DNA from: the human T2T-CHM13v2.0 reference genome, Homo sapiens
Strand: one strand, 5' to 3'
Length of the DNA: 64,000 bases
NCBI RefSeq assembly: GCF_009914755.1
Contig: NC_060935.1
Shown here: in pieces, positions 42,360-55,211 of the stretch
Numbering within the stretch: the first letter of the stretch is position 1
Layout of the letters: each line of letters begins with the position of its first letter
Notes under the pieces: generated by a model
Database searches by the model: none
The model's input: only the letters and a program-made list of their open reading frames with translations
What the model was told of the DNA's origin: nothing
Program-made: the position numbers and the translations under genes

Positions 42360-44985
42360 CTTATCTTTTTTCTCTGGCTGCTTTTAAGATCTTCTCTTTA
42401 TCACTGGTTTTAAGCAATTTGATTATGAGATGTCTTAGTGGAGTATTCTTCATGTTTCTTGAACTTGGAGTTTATTGAGCTTCTTGGATCTGCAGATTAT
42501 AATTTTCATAAAGTTTGGAGATTTTTTCACATCATTTTTTCAAATATGTATATTTTTTGCTTCCCATTCACAGACTTGAATTATATATATAATTCCAAGT
42601 GGCACATCCCACTTCCTGGGTTCAGTGGGATAGTCCTACCTCCCTGGAGACCCTACCAACCAACACATCTTCAGCCCCTCCCTCCTGAAGTGGCCACAGC
42701 AGCTCAAGGAAGACAGAAATTTAAGTTTGTCCCAGAGATAACTAATGCTCTTTAATTTTTAAAATTCGTTCTTGTCTGAGTCTTTTACTTAGGCCAGTTT
42801 CTATTGCTATGCCTCCAAGTTCATTAATATTTTCTTCTCATTGTAAAGACTGGGGGACCTCTTTCTTAAGTGATCTTTGTCTTAAGATTTGGTGCAATAT
42901 ATCAGTAGACCTAACAGAATGAATATCTAACAAAAGAAAGTTGAAAACTAAATGACTGTTACCTTTCTCTTTGAAATACTGTAGGAATGAAAGTTAGATA
43001 TACTTTGTGACTTCCACGAGACACTGACCATCACACAGGCTGTGATTTTTATCAGTGCAAGACGCAAGGTGAGCAGGCTCACTGAGAAAACGCACACCAG
43101 GGACTTCACAGTTCCTGCTCTGCATGATGATATGGACTAGAAGGAAAAAGATGTTAGCATGAGGGATTTCTGATCAGGGTCAAGCTGTGTTCTGATCACT
43201 AATGACTTGTCGGCTTGTGGGATGGAGGAGCAATGAGTGTCTTTGGTTACAAACTGTGATCTACCTACCAATTGTGAAAACTATATTCACAGGAGTCGAC
43301 AGCAGCAGTTGATGGCAAGATGGTACTCAGAAATGGCATTGATGTAATTTAGGACGTGGAATCATAAGTGAGACAGCACACAATTAGAACAAAGAATTGG
43401 CAGAGGGGGTCGACTTGGGAAGAAAGGTGTGGATATAAACTGTTACTGAAGAAGACAAATAGATTGTTCATGACACTGAGACTTTCTACGATACCATAGC
43501 GGAAGAGATGCCCATGCATGTGGCTGACCTTATTTCATTCCGAAGTGAGATAGTTTTGGATGCAGTGCTCGTTGTTGCTGAATAAGTGACCACAATGTGC
43601 ATTGTGCTTCTTTCTTTGGAAATATTTGAATCTTGTCTCAATGCTTAAAATCGATCAGAGATACAGATTTTGATAGCAAAGTGACATTAGTCATGAGCCC
43701 TTGTGAAGATAGTCATTATTTTTTATCTTCTTTAGAGTTAGACTGAGGGGGTGGGTATAAAAGATGGGGTCTATAACATCTTTCTTTCTTAGAAATGTAT
43801 TTCCTAGTCCCATGGAAATGGTTGCATTAGATGTTCTCTATCATTTAATAATATACTTGTGGACTAAAAGATAAAAGTGCTGTATGAAATAAGCCAATTA
43901 TGTTAAACTAGCACATCTGCCTTTACTGCGTTTATCATTAGTCTGAATAGAAAGACCTTTAAAATTAATTTTTTAGAAAGCATTTGAATGCATTCTTTGC
44001 TATTGTATTTATTCAATAAAGTATTTAATTAGTAAAAAGATATTGTCTTCTGCAATATCTAACCTTCTGTTAATCTTATATGGTGTATTTTTCATCCCAG
44101 ATTTCAAAGTTTTGCTATCTAGGCTTTCAATTTGTGTCTTTTTTGTATTTTCTCTGGCTCTTCTGAACTTTTAAAACATTTAACACAATTACAATAATTG
44201 TTTTAATGTTCTTCTCTGTTAAGTCTAATATCTGTGTCAGTTCTGGGTCAGTTTTTACAGACCGATTATTCTCCTCGCTGTGTTTTCCTGCCTTGCTGTG
44301 TCTTTGATTGGATAATGCAAATTGTGAATTTCACCTTGTTGGGTGCCAAATTTTTTTTTTTTTTAATTCTTGTATGTTTTCTTGAGCTTTTCAGGTCTTG
44401 CCTTTGTGCTTTGAGAGGCACTTTCTGGAGCAGTGCTCAGTCTAGGGTTAATTATTCCCCACCACTGAGGCAAGACCTTACTAAGTACCCAGTGCCCCAT
44501 GAATGATGAGTTTTTCCAGTCTGACTGATGGGAACAGGTACCATGCCTGGCACCCACTGTTCCTTCTAATCCTTTCAGATGGCTCAGTCCTCAGCCTACA
44601 CGCATGCACTGTTCACCACTTTGCTGAATGGCCAAGGGGATCCTCTGTGGAGCTTTGGGATTCTCTCTCTGTGCAGCCGTCTTCTCTCCAGTACTCTCTC
44701 TTTAGAACCACGGCTGACTTGGTCTCTCTGGACACTCACTTCTGTCTTTTCAACTTCAGGAGTCTGCCAGGATCCATCTTAGTTCTCCCTCTCTGCACAG
44801 TGACCTGGCAACTCTGCCAAGGTAATTCTGGGGTAATCCTGGGACTCACCTAGTTTGTTTCCAATGTTGTTCATTGCCTGGTGTCCAGTGTCTTGAAAAC
44901 TGTTGCTTCATATATTTTGTTTGTTTGTTTCAAATGGGAGGATAAATCCAGTCCCTCCTTCACTCCATCTTGACCAGAAGCAGAA
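42360..44985 (-). mobile_element. Old L1M fragments (host of the EIF4A2 retrocopy)
   Basis: ctctggctgcttttaagatcttctctttatc... The L1-like sequence resumes across the retrocopy (ttttcttct|gcaatatctaacc). Confidence 0.65.
42839..44039 (+). pseudogene. EIF4A2P5: 5'-truncated, partly processed EIF4A2 (eIF4A-II DEAD-box helicase) retrocopy; symbol from recollection
   Basis: From 42985 it translates as [34 protein letters not shown]...ALHDDMD*KEKD...DLPTNCENYIHR. From 43395 it gives IGRGGRLGKKGV..., then after a frameshift ...EEMPMHVADLI. This is the eIF4A2 C-terminal half with stops. About 500 nt of 3' UTR, AATAAA at 44015 and a short A tail follow. TSD ATATTTTCTTCT (42827) / ATATTGTCTTCT (44040). 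Confidence 0.93.
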
Positions 44986-47478
44986 GTTGGTAGCTATTGT
45001 TATTTTATCATTCATTCAAGATATTTTAGGGGCACCTACTATGAGCCAGGCACTATACTAGGTTGAGTATACAGTGGTGAGCCAAAAGAATATGGTCCTG
45101 GTCTCACAGCAAATCTGTCTTATGGCGATCAACTTCTGCCAGAAGGCAGTAAATATGGTAGGCCCTGGATTTACGAACATGGACATGAATCGGCTGTGAT
45201 CATTTCTCTCAAGGAATTCAGAATTAGAAGGGAAGAAAAATTAATACAAAGCTGACTGTGAGAAGTATGTGAGATACAAAGGCTCTGGGCATATTGATGA
45301 AGAAATAATTAATTCTGATTTAAGGTATAAGGGAAAACTTCATGGAGAAGGTGACATTTGAGTTGGGACCTGAAAAGTTCATGTAATTTTGAATGGTGGA
45401 GAAGCAGGAGGGAGGTAGAGATGCTGAAAGTGCTTTTAAACATGTGGCAGACACAGCTATTTGGCTTGTTCTTCCTCGCCCACAGAACCCTAATCATGTG
45501 CTTCAGAGGATGCTACATACAGTACTTTCCAGCTCCTACCAGTGAGTCTTGATTGGTTGAAATCAATCATGGAATTTCTATTCCCCATGCCTGTCACTGG
45601 ATCCAGCATAGGCACATGACACAATTCTGGCCAATGAGATATGAGGGACAGTCTGCTGGGAAAGTTTATTTTTCAAAGAAAGGGAGAGAACATTCCTTTC
45701 CCCTACTGTTTCTGAGGGAGAAACAAAAACAAAAACAAAAAAACCTGATTCCTTGATGATGTCCTGAAACCACTGAAATTAACCAATCTGAAACCAATAT
45801 AACTCATGACTTCTTGTTGCATGAGATGGTAAAGTTTTCTTCTTGTTTCAGTAACTTCTGGTTGGATTTTTGTTGTAGTTGATGGTGTTACTTTTGGCCA
45901 GATGCGGGAGACCAGCATACCCTAAGCTGATCAGTTTACCCATTTGAAACTCGCTTTTCCTTTTCACTGAATCAACCCTCTGCTAAATGTTACTTATCTT
46001 GTTCTTGTTCCTCTGCTTCATCAAGAATGGAGGTTAACCTAAGACCTAAGGCATGACAATGCACTTAGTCACTCTTCCCAAACATGCACATGGGGGGGAG
46101 ATGCAAAACAGCTTTGAAAATGAAAGAAAGCAATTACACAGTGCAATACCTTGACTATTCTGTCCCATCATCCTTCCTGAACCTTTGATTGGGAGGACTT
46201 GAACTCTTATGGTAGGGTGGAGGGATGAAAATAAATATAAAGGAAAAGAGTGTAGGCAAGCCCAGGGGAAATTATGTAAATTCTTCCGGATTCACAGCAG
46301 TGCTAGAATTCTCTGGTAATTCCCACAGGAGCCAAGACTACCTCTGAAACAATCTAACTGTTGGAAACCACCAGTGTCTGGCAGGAAGCCAACTATAACA
46401 AGGGCAAAAGATATGCCTTTTTGGAGAGTCTGGACCAATCCCAGGGACCCAGGCCAGCCTGTGGCCAAAGTTGTGAATATGCAAAAACTGTCACCAGTCT
46501 CCACTCGCTTTCCCGTTCCCTTCCTAGTCCCCTTCTTTTTCTAGCCCCAATCTTTTTCTCCCTGTTCCTCCTCCCACTCCTCCTTCTCCTCCCTCACTCA
46601 CTCAACAATTCATATCCTGCTTGCCTGATGAGCACAGAAGGTACTAAACCGCCTACCTTAGGACACTTGCATTTCAGCAGGGAGCTCTTACACCCCCAAG
46701 GTAATGCTCCTCTATTGCTAGAAATTCAGATCTCTAGGCTGGCTGGGGGAAGCATGTCTGGTCTCAGGCACAGTACTTCTTGTGCCATGCAAAGTCAGCT
46801 GGTGGGAAGGGGGGGATCCAAGGAAAAGAAGGGGACTAGGAAGAGAAGCGGGGATCCAAGGACTGGCTTCCCAGCTCTCACTGCCAGCCAGTGGGGTCAC
46901 AAAGACATTGCCTCAAATGTGGAGCTGTCCTCTGCTAGCTCGTACAGGATCTTATCCTTCTCTCACATAACTACATCCTTCCATCTAGCTTATCTTACTC
47001 ACCTTCAGTCTCAATTTAAATGTGTCTTCCTCTGGGAGGCCTTCCCTGATTGATTCCCATGTCTGGATCGGTTCAGTACCCCCAGACCACTACATGCCTT
47101 TCTCTGTGAGCACTTGTCATGCTGACTTGTGATCCATGGATCTCAGTTAGCCAGAATCCAGCACAGCCTGACACTTAGCAGGTGCTCAGTTTATGGAACG
47201 AACGAACGAATGAACATCTGTTCATATACACTATAGCTCTGCAGACACCATGATTATCTTGTTCTCCATTGTACCCTCAGCACCCAGTCCAGTGCTTAGG
47301 CTGTAGTAGTAAGACAGTAATGATTTATTAATTGATTGAAAGAGGGCGTCCCAAGAAAGGGACTTGCGTCTATGTTGCGACGACATCTTTATTGCAAGGG
47401 CAAGAAGCACATCCCAGACCTTTTTGAAAACATCAGGGATGGAGGTGGGAGGCAAGGCAAGATGGAGGAAATTTCTAG

Positions 47479-47833
<355 letters not shown>

Positions 47834-47994
47834 TTCTAGGGATTCTTAACCTGGGGCTCATAGGTGGGGCTTCAAAAGATCCATGAATCCTCCGACTCTT
47901 TAATCAAGCACCCGTGTCAGTAGCTGTATGTGCATTTTTCTGGAAGAGGATCATGGCTTTCAATGAGTGTCAAAAGGCTGAGACTGCTCGAGAC

Positions 47995-48175
47995 CTCACC
48001 GTCCAATACGGTAGCCATTAGTCCCGTGTGGCTCTTTAAGTTTAGATTTAAATTAAAATTTCAGTGCCTCACTTACACTAAGCTACACATCAAGTGCTCA
48101 ACAGCCACTACCTACAGGCCAGACCAGATAGAGGGCATTTCCATCATTGCAGAAAGTTTGATGGGACAGATATCT
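47995..48175. mobile_element. MER3-like hAT MITE
   Basis: gtccaatacggtagccattagt...catttccatcattgcagaaagtt. Confidence 0.7.
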
Positions 48176-48689
48176 GTATTGGTAGCATTACCAACTGAAT
48201 ACAGGTAAGATTGGATCCAATTAGTGCTTTTGTAAAATGAGTTACCAACATTTAGAAATAAAACATAAAAATCTAAAATCCTGATTGATTTCATTTGGGA
48301 AACAGGACTATCTATCAGCGTGGGGCCTGCGTTCCCCTGGCAGCTGGAACGCACAGTACCGCTCCCTTTAGAGGGACTCTTGGTCATATAGAAGTTCCCC
48401 GCTTGACCCTCCTTGACGACTGACAGTACGACCCTCGTTTCTAGGGGACTTCGCCCGTCTTGGTCTCCGTCCAGGCTCGCGTTTGTAACCAGACTCCAAA
48501 TTTTACTAAATGGGGTTGAATTGGGTTTGAGAGCACATCTTAGAGCAGGGTCTAGGGCTGAGATTCGGGGTCTCAGTTGGAAGTTGAGGAAGGGCAACGT
48601 CTCCTTCCTTACAGTTTTCCCGGAACTGTAGGAAGTCAGAGGGAATTTTATCCTGCACATCTGTTGCTTGACAAAGAACTTCCCAATCC

Positions 48690-49620
48690 TCCTCCGAGCC
48701 CTCCAGTCCCTAGCCCAGTTCGCCCGGGCCCGCCCCTAGCAACAAGATCGCGGGGAGGGGCCGAGGCGAAACACGAGCCCCGCGCCCACCACCCCAGCTG
48801 GCGACGTGGCTCCGCGGCCCCGGCTTCCCCCGGCAGCTCAGCGACCAATGGGCGCGCGAGCGGGGCCGCCCGCAGCTTCCCAGCCCGAGGCCCCGGCGCG
48901 CCCCTCTGCTCCGGCTCGGGGCGGGCACTGGCGGAGGGACTGGCCAGTCCCCTCCTCCGCGCCGGCCCCAACCCTGTCGCTGCCGCCGCGCTCCGAGTCC
49001 CCATTCCCGAGCTGCCGCTGTTGTCGCTCGCTCAGCGTCTCCCTCTCGGCCGCCCTCTCCTCGGGACGATGGCGCGCGGTGGCCGCGGCCGCCGCCTGGG
49101 GTTAGCCCTGGGGCTGCTGCTGGCGCTGGTGCTGGCGCCGCGGGTTCTGCGGGCCAAGCCCACGGTGCGCAAAGAGCGCGTGGTGCGGCCCGACTCGGAG
49201 CTGGGCGAGCGGCCCCCTGAGGACAACCAGAGCTTCCAGTACGACCACGAGGCCTTCCTGGGCAAGGAGGACTCCAAGACCTTCGACCAGCTCACCCCGG
49301 ACGAGAGCAAGGAGAGGCTAGGGTGAGGCCGCGGCCAGGGCCCCGTGGGGGGCGGCGCAGGTGTCCGAGGGCCGCCTGGGCGAGAGCCACGCGGGATACC
49401 ACCGCCAAAGCGAAAGCGAAATCGCGCGCGCGGCCTCGAGGATGGGGCCCTGCCCAACTCGGCGCTGGGGCTCAGGCTAACTTGCTGGAGGGCCCCGGGA
49501 CCCCAGCTTGGAGATCGCCGCCGCCGCGCCCCGGCCGGGGTGGTTTCTCGCGGGGAGGCGAGAACGTGGCAGCGGCCGCGGGAGCCAGGACGGCGAGGGC
49601 CCGCCCCCTCCCCCAGGTTG
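48690..49620 (+). promoter_or_regulatory. RCN1: RCN1 CpG island / TATA-less promoter
   Basis: Very GC- and CpG-rich across exon 1. GC boxes (ggggcggg near 48918), CCAAT at 48845, RFX-type CCTAGCAAC at 48735, GACGTGG at 48803. Confidence 0.92.
49069..49322 (+). CDS. RCN1: Reticulocalbin-1 coding exon 1 (signal peptide, N-glycosylation sequon NQS)
   Basis: ATG at 49069 in strong Kozak context (ACGATGG). Reads [33 protein letters not shown]...DESKERLG, the RCN1 N-terminus. Donor GG|gtgagg at 49323; 254 nt. Confidence 0.98.
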
Positions 49621-49886
49621 CATCAGAAGGGAGGGGAGAGTGCACAAAAGAAGAGTTTGTCCACAGTGGCCTGTTAGTGACATGAGTTCCTCCCCACTCT
49701 CTCGCAGTTTCTCTCTGATCCCCCACTCCCGGGGAGAAGGGCTTGAGACACTCGCTAAGAAAATCTCAGGGATGAACATAAATGGATAAAAGATGAAGGG
49801 GCAGGCGAGCGACAGGCTTGCTTCCTGGTCTCGGCCGCAGTGGTCTTGCCTTTTGCCTAATCGCCCTGTAAATCTATCGTAAGGAG

Positions 49887-50203
<317 letters not shown>

Positions 50204-53118
50204 AAATCTAGTGTAGGGATACAAAAATCCGGTTGAAAAGGGACACGCAGTTTCCGATTGGAAACACGAGGGAGCAGGAATGGAAACGGTTCGCCTGAAA
50301 CGTTTCTGTTGGCAGCAGATGTCTGCAGAAGCACTCAGTTCTTTGGCAACTGATTTGTTTGGGGGGCAAAAAGCTGGAGGGTTCTCTTGGTGGTGGAGGA
50401 TTTTGACTTGGGCTGTTAAAGGCAGTTGAGTCAGGAACCAAACCCGGGAAACAAAACTTCGGCGCATTTTAGTACACCCTCCCCGGGTCCCCTGAGGAAA
50501 CACTTGGGCACTGTGCGGAGGTATCTGGTGGTCCTTGCACAGAGGACCCAGCAGGCAGCCTGGTCCCAGATGGAGGCAGGGCTGGGGAAGAAACCAGCAG
50601 TCCTGCCTATTGGGCACCAGGTCTCAGATCTCCCTGAACCTGATTCCTGGGGGTGGAGGATCTTCATGTTCTGCCACATGAAAGAGAACACAGCCATCCC
50701 TGTGTTCCTGGGGGCCTCCAAAGGCCAAAGTGTTTCATTGGAATATGAGGATAAATTATACCTATTGTGTAGGTGCACCATTTGCCTGCTCTGATAAAAA
50801 GACCTTTGAACTTCAAAGTCACCTCCAAACAATTACCTTTTATCTTGCAGAGTACTTTCTCTTCTCAGTTAGGACTTAACAATAGGGGCCATTGATGAGT
50901 TCAGTCTATTGTATTGCTTTGAGGCACTTGGAGACTGATTTATCCTGGAGCCCTGAGTGGCAGCCACATTGTCACTGGAGAGGAGGCAGGGAGAGGTTTT
51001 GGGATTTGGAAAACTTTATAAGGTGTGGTCATGCAGCTTCCAGTTAATGCCTTCATTGTGACAGTTCAGCCTAGTAGTGAGAAAAAGTGACGGTGAAGTT
51101 GGTCTGGATTTGATCCTTGTATCAACACCTTGACTTCATTCATTTATTCATGCAACAAACATTTGAATGGCTACTGTGTACCAGGCCCCAGTTTAGATAA
51201 CTGGCAGGTACAAAGATGAAACCTTATGCTCTGGGCGTCGAAGTGCTTGTAAGCAAATGTGGAGGAGAGAAGCACAGACAAACTAGCCATTATGCACAAT
51301 TGCTGCAATGATGGCCTATAAAACCTACTGTGAGCACATTCAGGAGAAGGAGCCGCCAAGGCTGCAGGTTAGAGAGAGGGGATTGGGGCTGTCACCTGAT
51401 CAGAGTTTGTAGGATGACTTGGAGGTTGCCAGGTGTACAGCAGGGGAAGGCCTTCCTGAAGAGAAAACAGCCCATTTCTAAAGGGTTTGAAAAGCGTTCT
51501 GGGGCATGAGGGGTGGTGAGTCTGCAAAGGGGCAGGGAAGGGAAGTGAGAGGTGAGAATGGAGGGGAAACCAAGGGCAGAGCAGGAAGGACCTTGGTGAG
51601 ATGGACATGAGATGTTATCCTGTACATTGTCAAAATGTCATAATCCCCAAAACTCATTGGGAAAGTCAGGCTGGCAGGAGGGCAGTACACAGAGAACATA
51701 ATCAAGGCACAGACTAGACCAGTGGCAGGGAGAGGAGGTGAATGCCAAAGGGGCTTGGTCTCTCCGGATTCCAGGAGGGGATGAATCTAGACACCAGTGG
51801 GAGGCAGAACTGGCAGCTCTTGCTCTTGACTCAATGAGGGGGAGAAGAGAGAGGTAGGAATCAAGGGGACATCCGGGTCTCTGGCCTTAGCCACCAGATG
51901 GGTGATGGATGCACCATTCACTTGTAGGTTAAATGTGGGGTAGAGGCGGGGTAGGAGGTGCTGGAAATTATGGGTCCTGTTTGGGATGGGGCTGAGTGTG
52001 AGAAGCTGCCCCTCTGTCCAAAGCTTCTGTTTCAGTGGTCCCCTCCAAGATTGGGCTGAGGAGGAATGAGTGTGGCTGGATCTAGGCAACTTTGTCACCA
52101 TCACCTGTCAGTCCTGAAAATGTGACAGCTCTAAGGCCCCTAAAGACACCTGGACCAGAGGTTGCAAAGTGGGAACCCGTAGGCTGCATGCATTCATAAA
52201 TATGCGACACAGTGTAAATTACTTGCCCACGTTTAAAGTTTGAATGGTTTCACATACAGACCCCCATATCTGGCTTCTCTTGACACCTTTATTCCCATGT
52301 GTCAGTCATCGTCTGCAGCAGAGTCGGCCAGCCCTATTTGGCGGCTAGCAGGGTACCTCCAAGTGGCCATAGGTCCCATCAAAAGGTTTTGCTCATTCTG
52401 TTACCTGTTGGTGTTGAGAACAAATGATGATGGAGTTGGTCTGGGTTTGCTCCTTGCATCAACACCTTAACTTCATTCATTTATTCATGCAACAAACACC
52501 CGAATGGCTACTGTGTAGCAGCTACCATCAGCCACTGATCTAGATTATTGTCTTTAGTGAGGAAAAGCATGCATTCTCTCCTTTATTCCTCACAACATTC
52601 CTTGTGAAGTAGGTGTTCAGTTTACAGATGGGGAAACTCAGAGAGTCAAGACACTTGCCCAAGATCACGCAGATAATGGGGACCAGAGGCAGGACGGGGA
52701 TCCAGGTGTTCTGATGAAAGTGCTAGGCTTCATCTCCATCCTAGCTGCCTTTCCCAGGATCTCCCTTGACATTGTTAAAGAGAAGGTTAAGATCTTATTT
52801 ATTCTTACAACAAATATTTATTGAGTCCCTAATATTTGTCAGGCTGAGCTATGTCCTAGATGTTTATTTGGCATAGATTAGATGCTGTCCTTTCCACAAA
52901 AGAGGATTGTAGAGTCTGATGTCATTACCCTGAGATTATGTTTCCCAGTTGGCGTTGGGTAACCCACTGGCATGTCTCCACTGTGTCCCCAGGATCAGAG
53001 CAGTGCTTGGCACATAACTGGGCTCAACACTGCACAATGTTAAAAGAATTCTGCTGTGTCTGGCTATGATTTCCTGGGGGAAGAAGCCTGAAGACACTTG
53101 AAGTTTCATGTTTTAGTC

Positions 53119-53712
<594 letters not shown>

Positions 53713-55017
53713 CCTATCTTTTAGGATTGAGACCTGTTAAACTTGCAAATGAAGGGGTACTTTCAAGCTGTTGGTGATGTTTACACCTTCCTGAGAAAGA
53801 GGAGCTTGGGTTCTTGGGTTCAGGTAGGAGGTGGAGACATTGATTATTCACTCCTCCCCTTCTCGTGTACACCCTCCCCCACCTAAAAAAAAGTTATAGG
53901 AGATTTTCTCTGTCAAACTATCAAACTGATGAATTTGTTTCCCATTTTTTATTAATTAAAGATTAATTGCCACTCAGAATGTCTGTTGACAAGAAAGTTT
54001 TACCACTGAAGCTGTTAGAATTCCAGCCCAAAACAAAGAAAGAAATCTAGAGTTAGCCTGTATGACCTCCTCCCAGATAAATGGACTACAAGGGTGAAAC
54101 TTTTTTAAACACTGGGGATAGCTTGGAGGTGTTTTTGAAGTTCCCCACTGGGATGCTGTCCTGGTTTGGGACCATCTGGTCTAGAGATGACAAAAGTGGG
54201 TTCCCAGCCTGAAGTTTGCTCTGGGCTAGCATTTAGGGTACCTCAGTGGAGTTCAGTGGGAAATTTGTGAAACCTAGGCCAGCTGTGGAGCTGGTATAGG
54301 AGTCTTTACCCTAAGAGCAGAGGGTTTAAGGTTCCTAGAGCGGATCAGCTGGTCAAGTTTTGTGAATAGATTCTATGATGTCAAGGCTCCTTCAGCCCTG
54401 ACATTTGTGCTGTGTCCACCATCTGGTGTCTTCTTGCTTTACGTTTCAAGTCTTTGTATCCATGGTGGTGGGATTTAAAAAAAAAAACTCACTTATCTTT
54501 TGATTTACATACAGTTTCCACTTTTTGCCTTGGACCTAAGCCAGAAGACATGAGTTCTCACCCCAGTTTTACCAAATACTGGCTGTGTAATCTTAGAAGT
54601 TATTCCATTTCTCTGGGCCTCAGTTTCCGTTACTCCAAAATGAGGGTGCTGGACTACAGCAGGGAAGATTAATAGGTTTCATCTTACAGATCAGCTCTGA
54701 TCCGTTGATAATGGCCATCACCAGAGCACAGTGCTGAGAATTCTGAGAGCACCTCTAGGTTTATCAGGACAGAGGGGCACGATCCATTAGCAGTGTCTGC
54801 CATCAGCACTGGTTGGGGGAAAGCACATCAACCTTGGAAGGATAAACTTGAAGATTCCTTCCAGCCTCCTTGGATCATTGATTCTGTTGTAGTTGTATGT
54901 GCATTTTGGATTGTGCAGGTGTTTGATCTTTTGCTGGACCAGCATCACACAAGCCTTGATAATATAACAGCCTTGTGCCTGTGTGTGGGTTTCTTTTTTT
55001 TTTTTTTTGTACTGCAG

Positions 55018-55211
55018 GAAGATTGTTGATCGAATCGACAATGATGGGGATGGCTTTGTCACTACTGAGGAGCTGAAAACCTGGATCAAACGGGTGCAGA
55101 AAAGATACATCTTTGATAATGTCGCCAAAGTCTGGAAGGATTATGATAGGGACAAGGATGATAAAATTTCCTGGGAAGAATACAAACAAGCCACCTATGG
55201 TTACTACCTAG
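55018..55211 (+). CDS. RCN1: RCN1 exon 2 (EF-hands 1 and 2)
   Basis: Poly-T tract + ctgcag acceptor. KIVDRIDNDGDGFVTTEE...DRDKDDKISWEE...YYL. Donor G|gtaaga; 194 nt, frame-consistent with exon 1. Confidence 0.98.

Noticed and set aside
42839-44039. Intact snoRNA or functional eIF4A protein within the retrocopy
   Set aside because: Multiple stops and a frameshift, and the N-terminal helicase domain is missing. I could not recognise a complete H/ACA or C/D structure in the short intron-like part.
46361-47053. 230-aa ORF
   Set aside because: Starts at a non-ATG codon (TTG), has low-complexity pyrimidine and L2-like content, and shows no recognisable domain or splice support.
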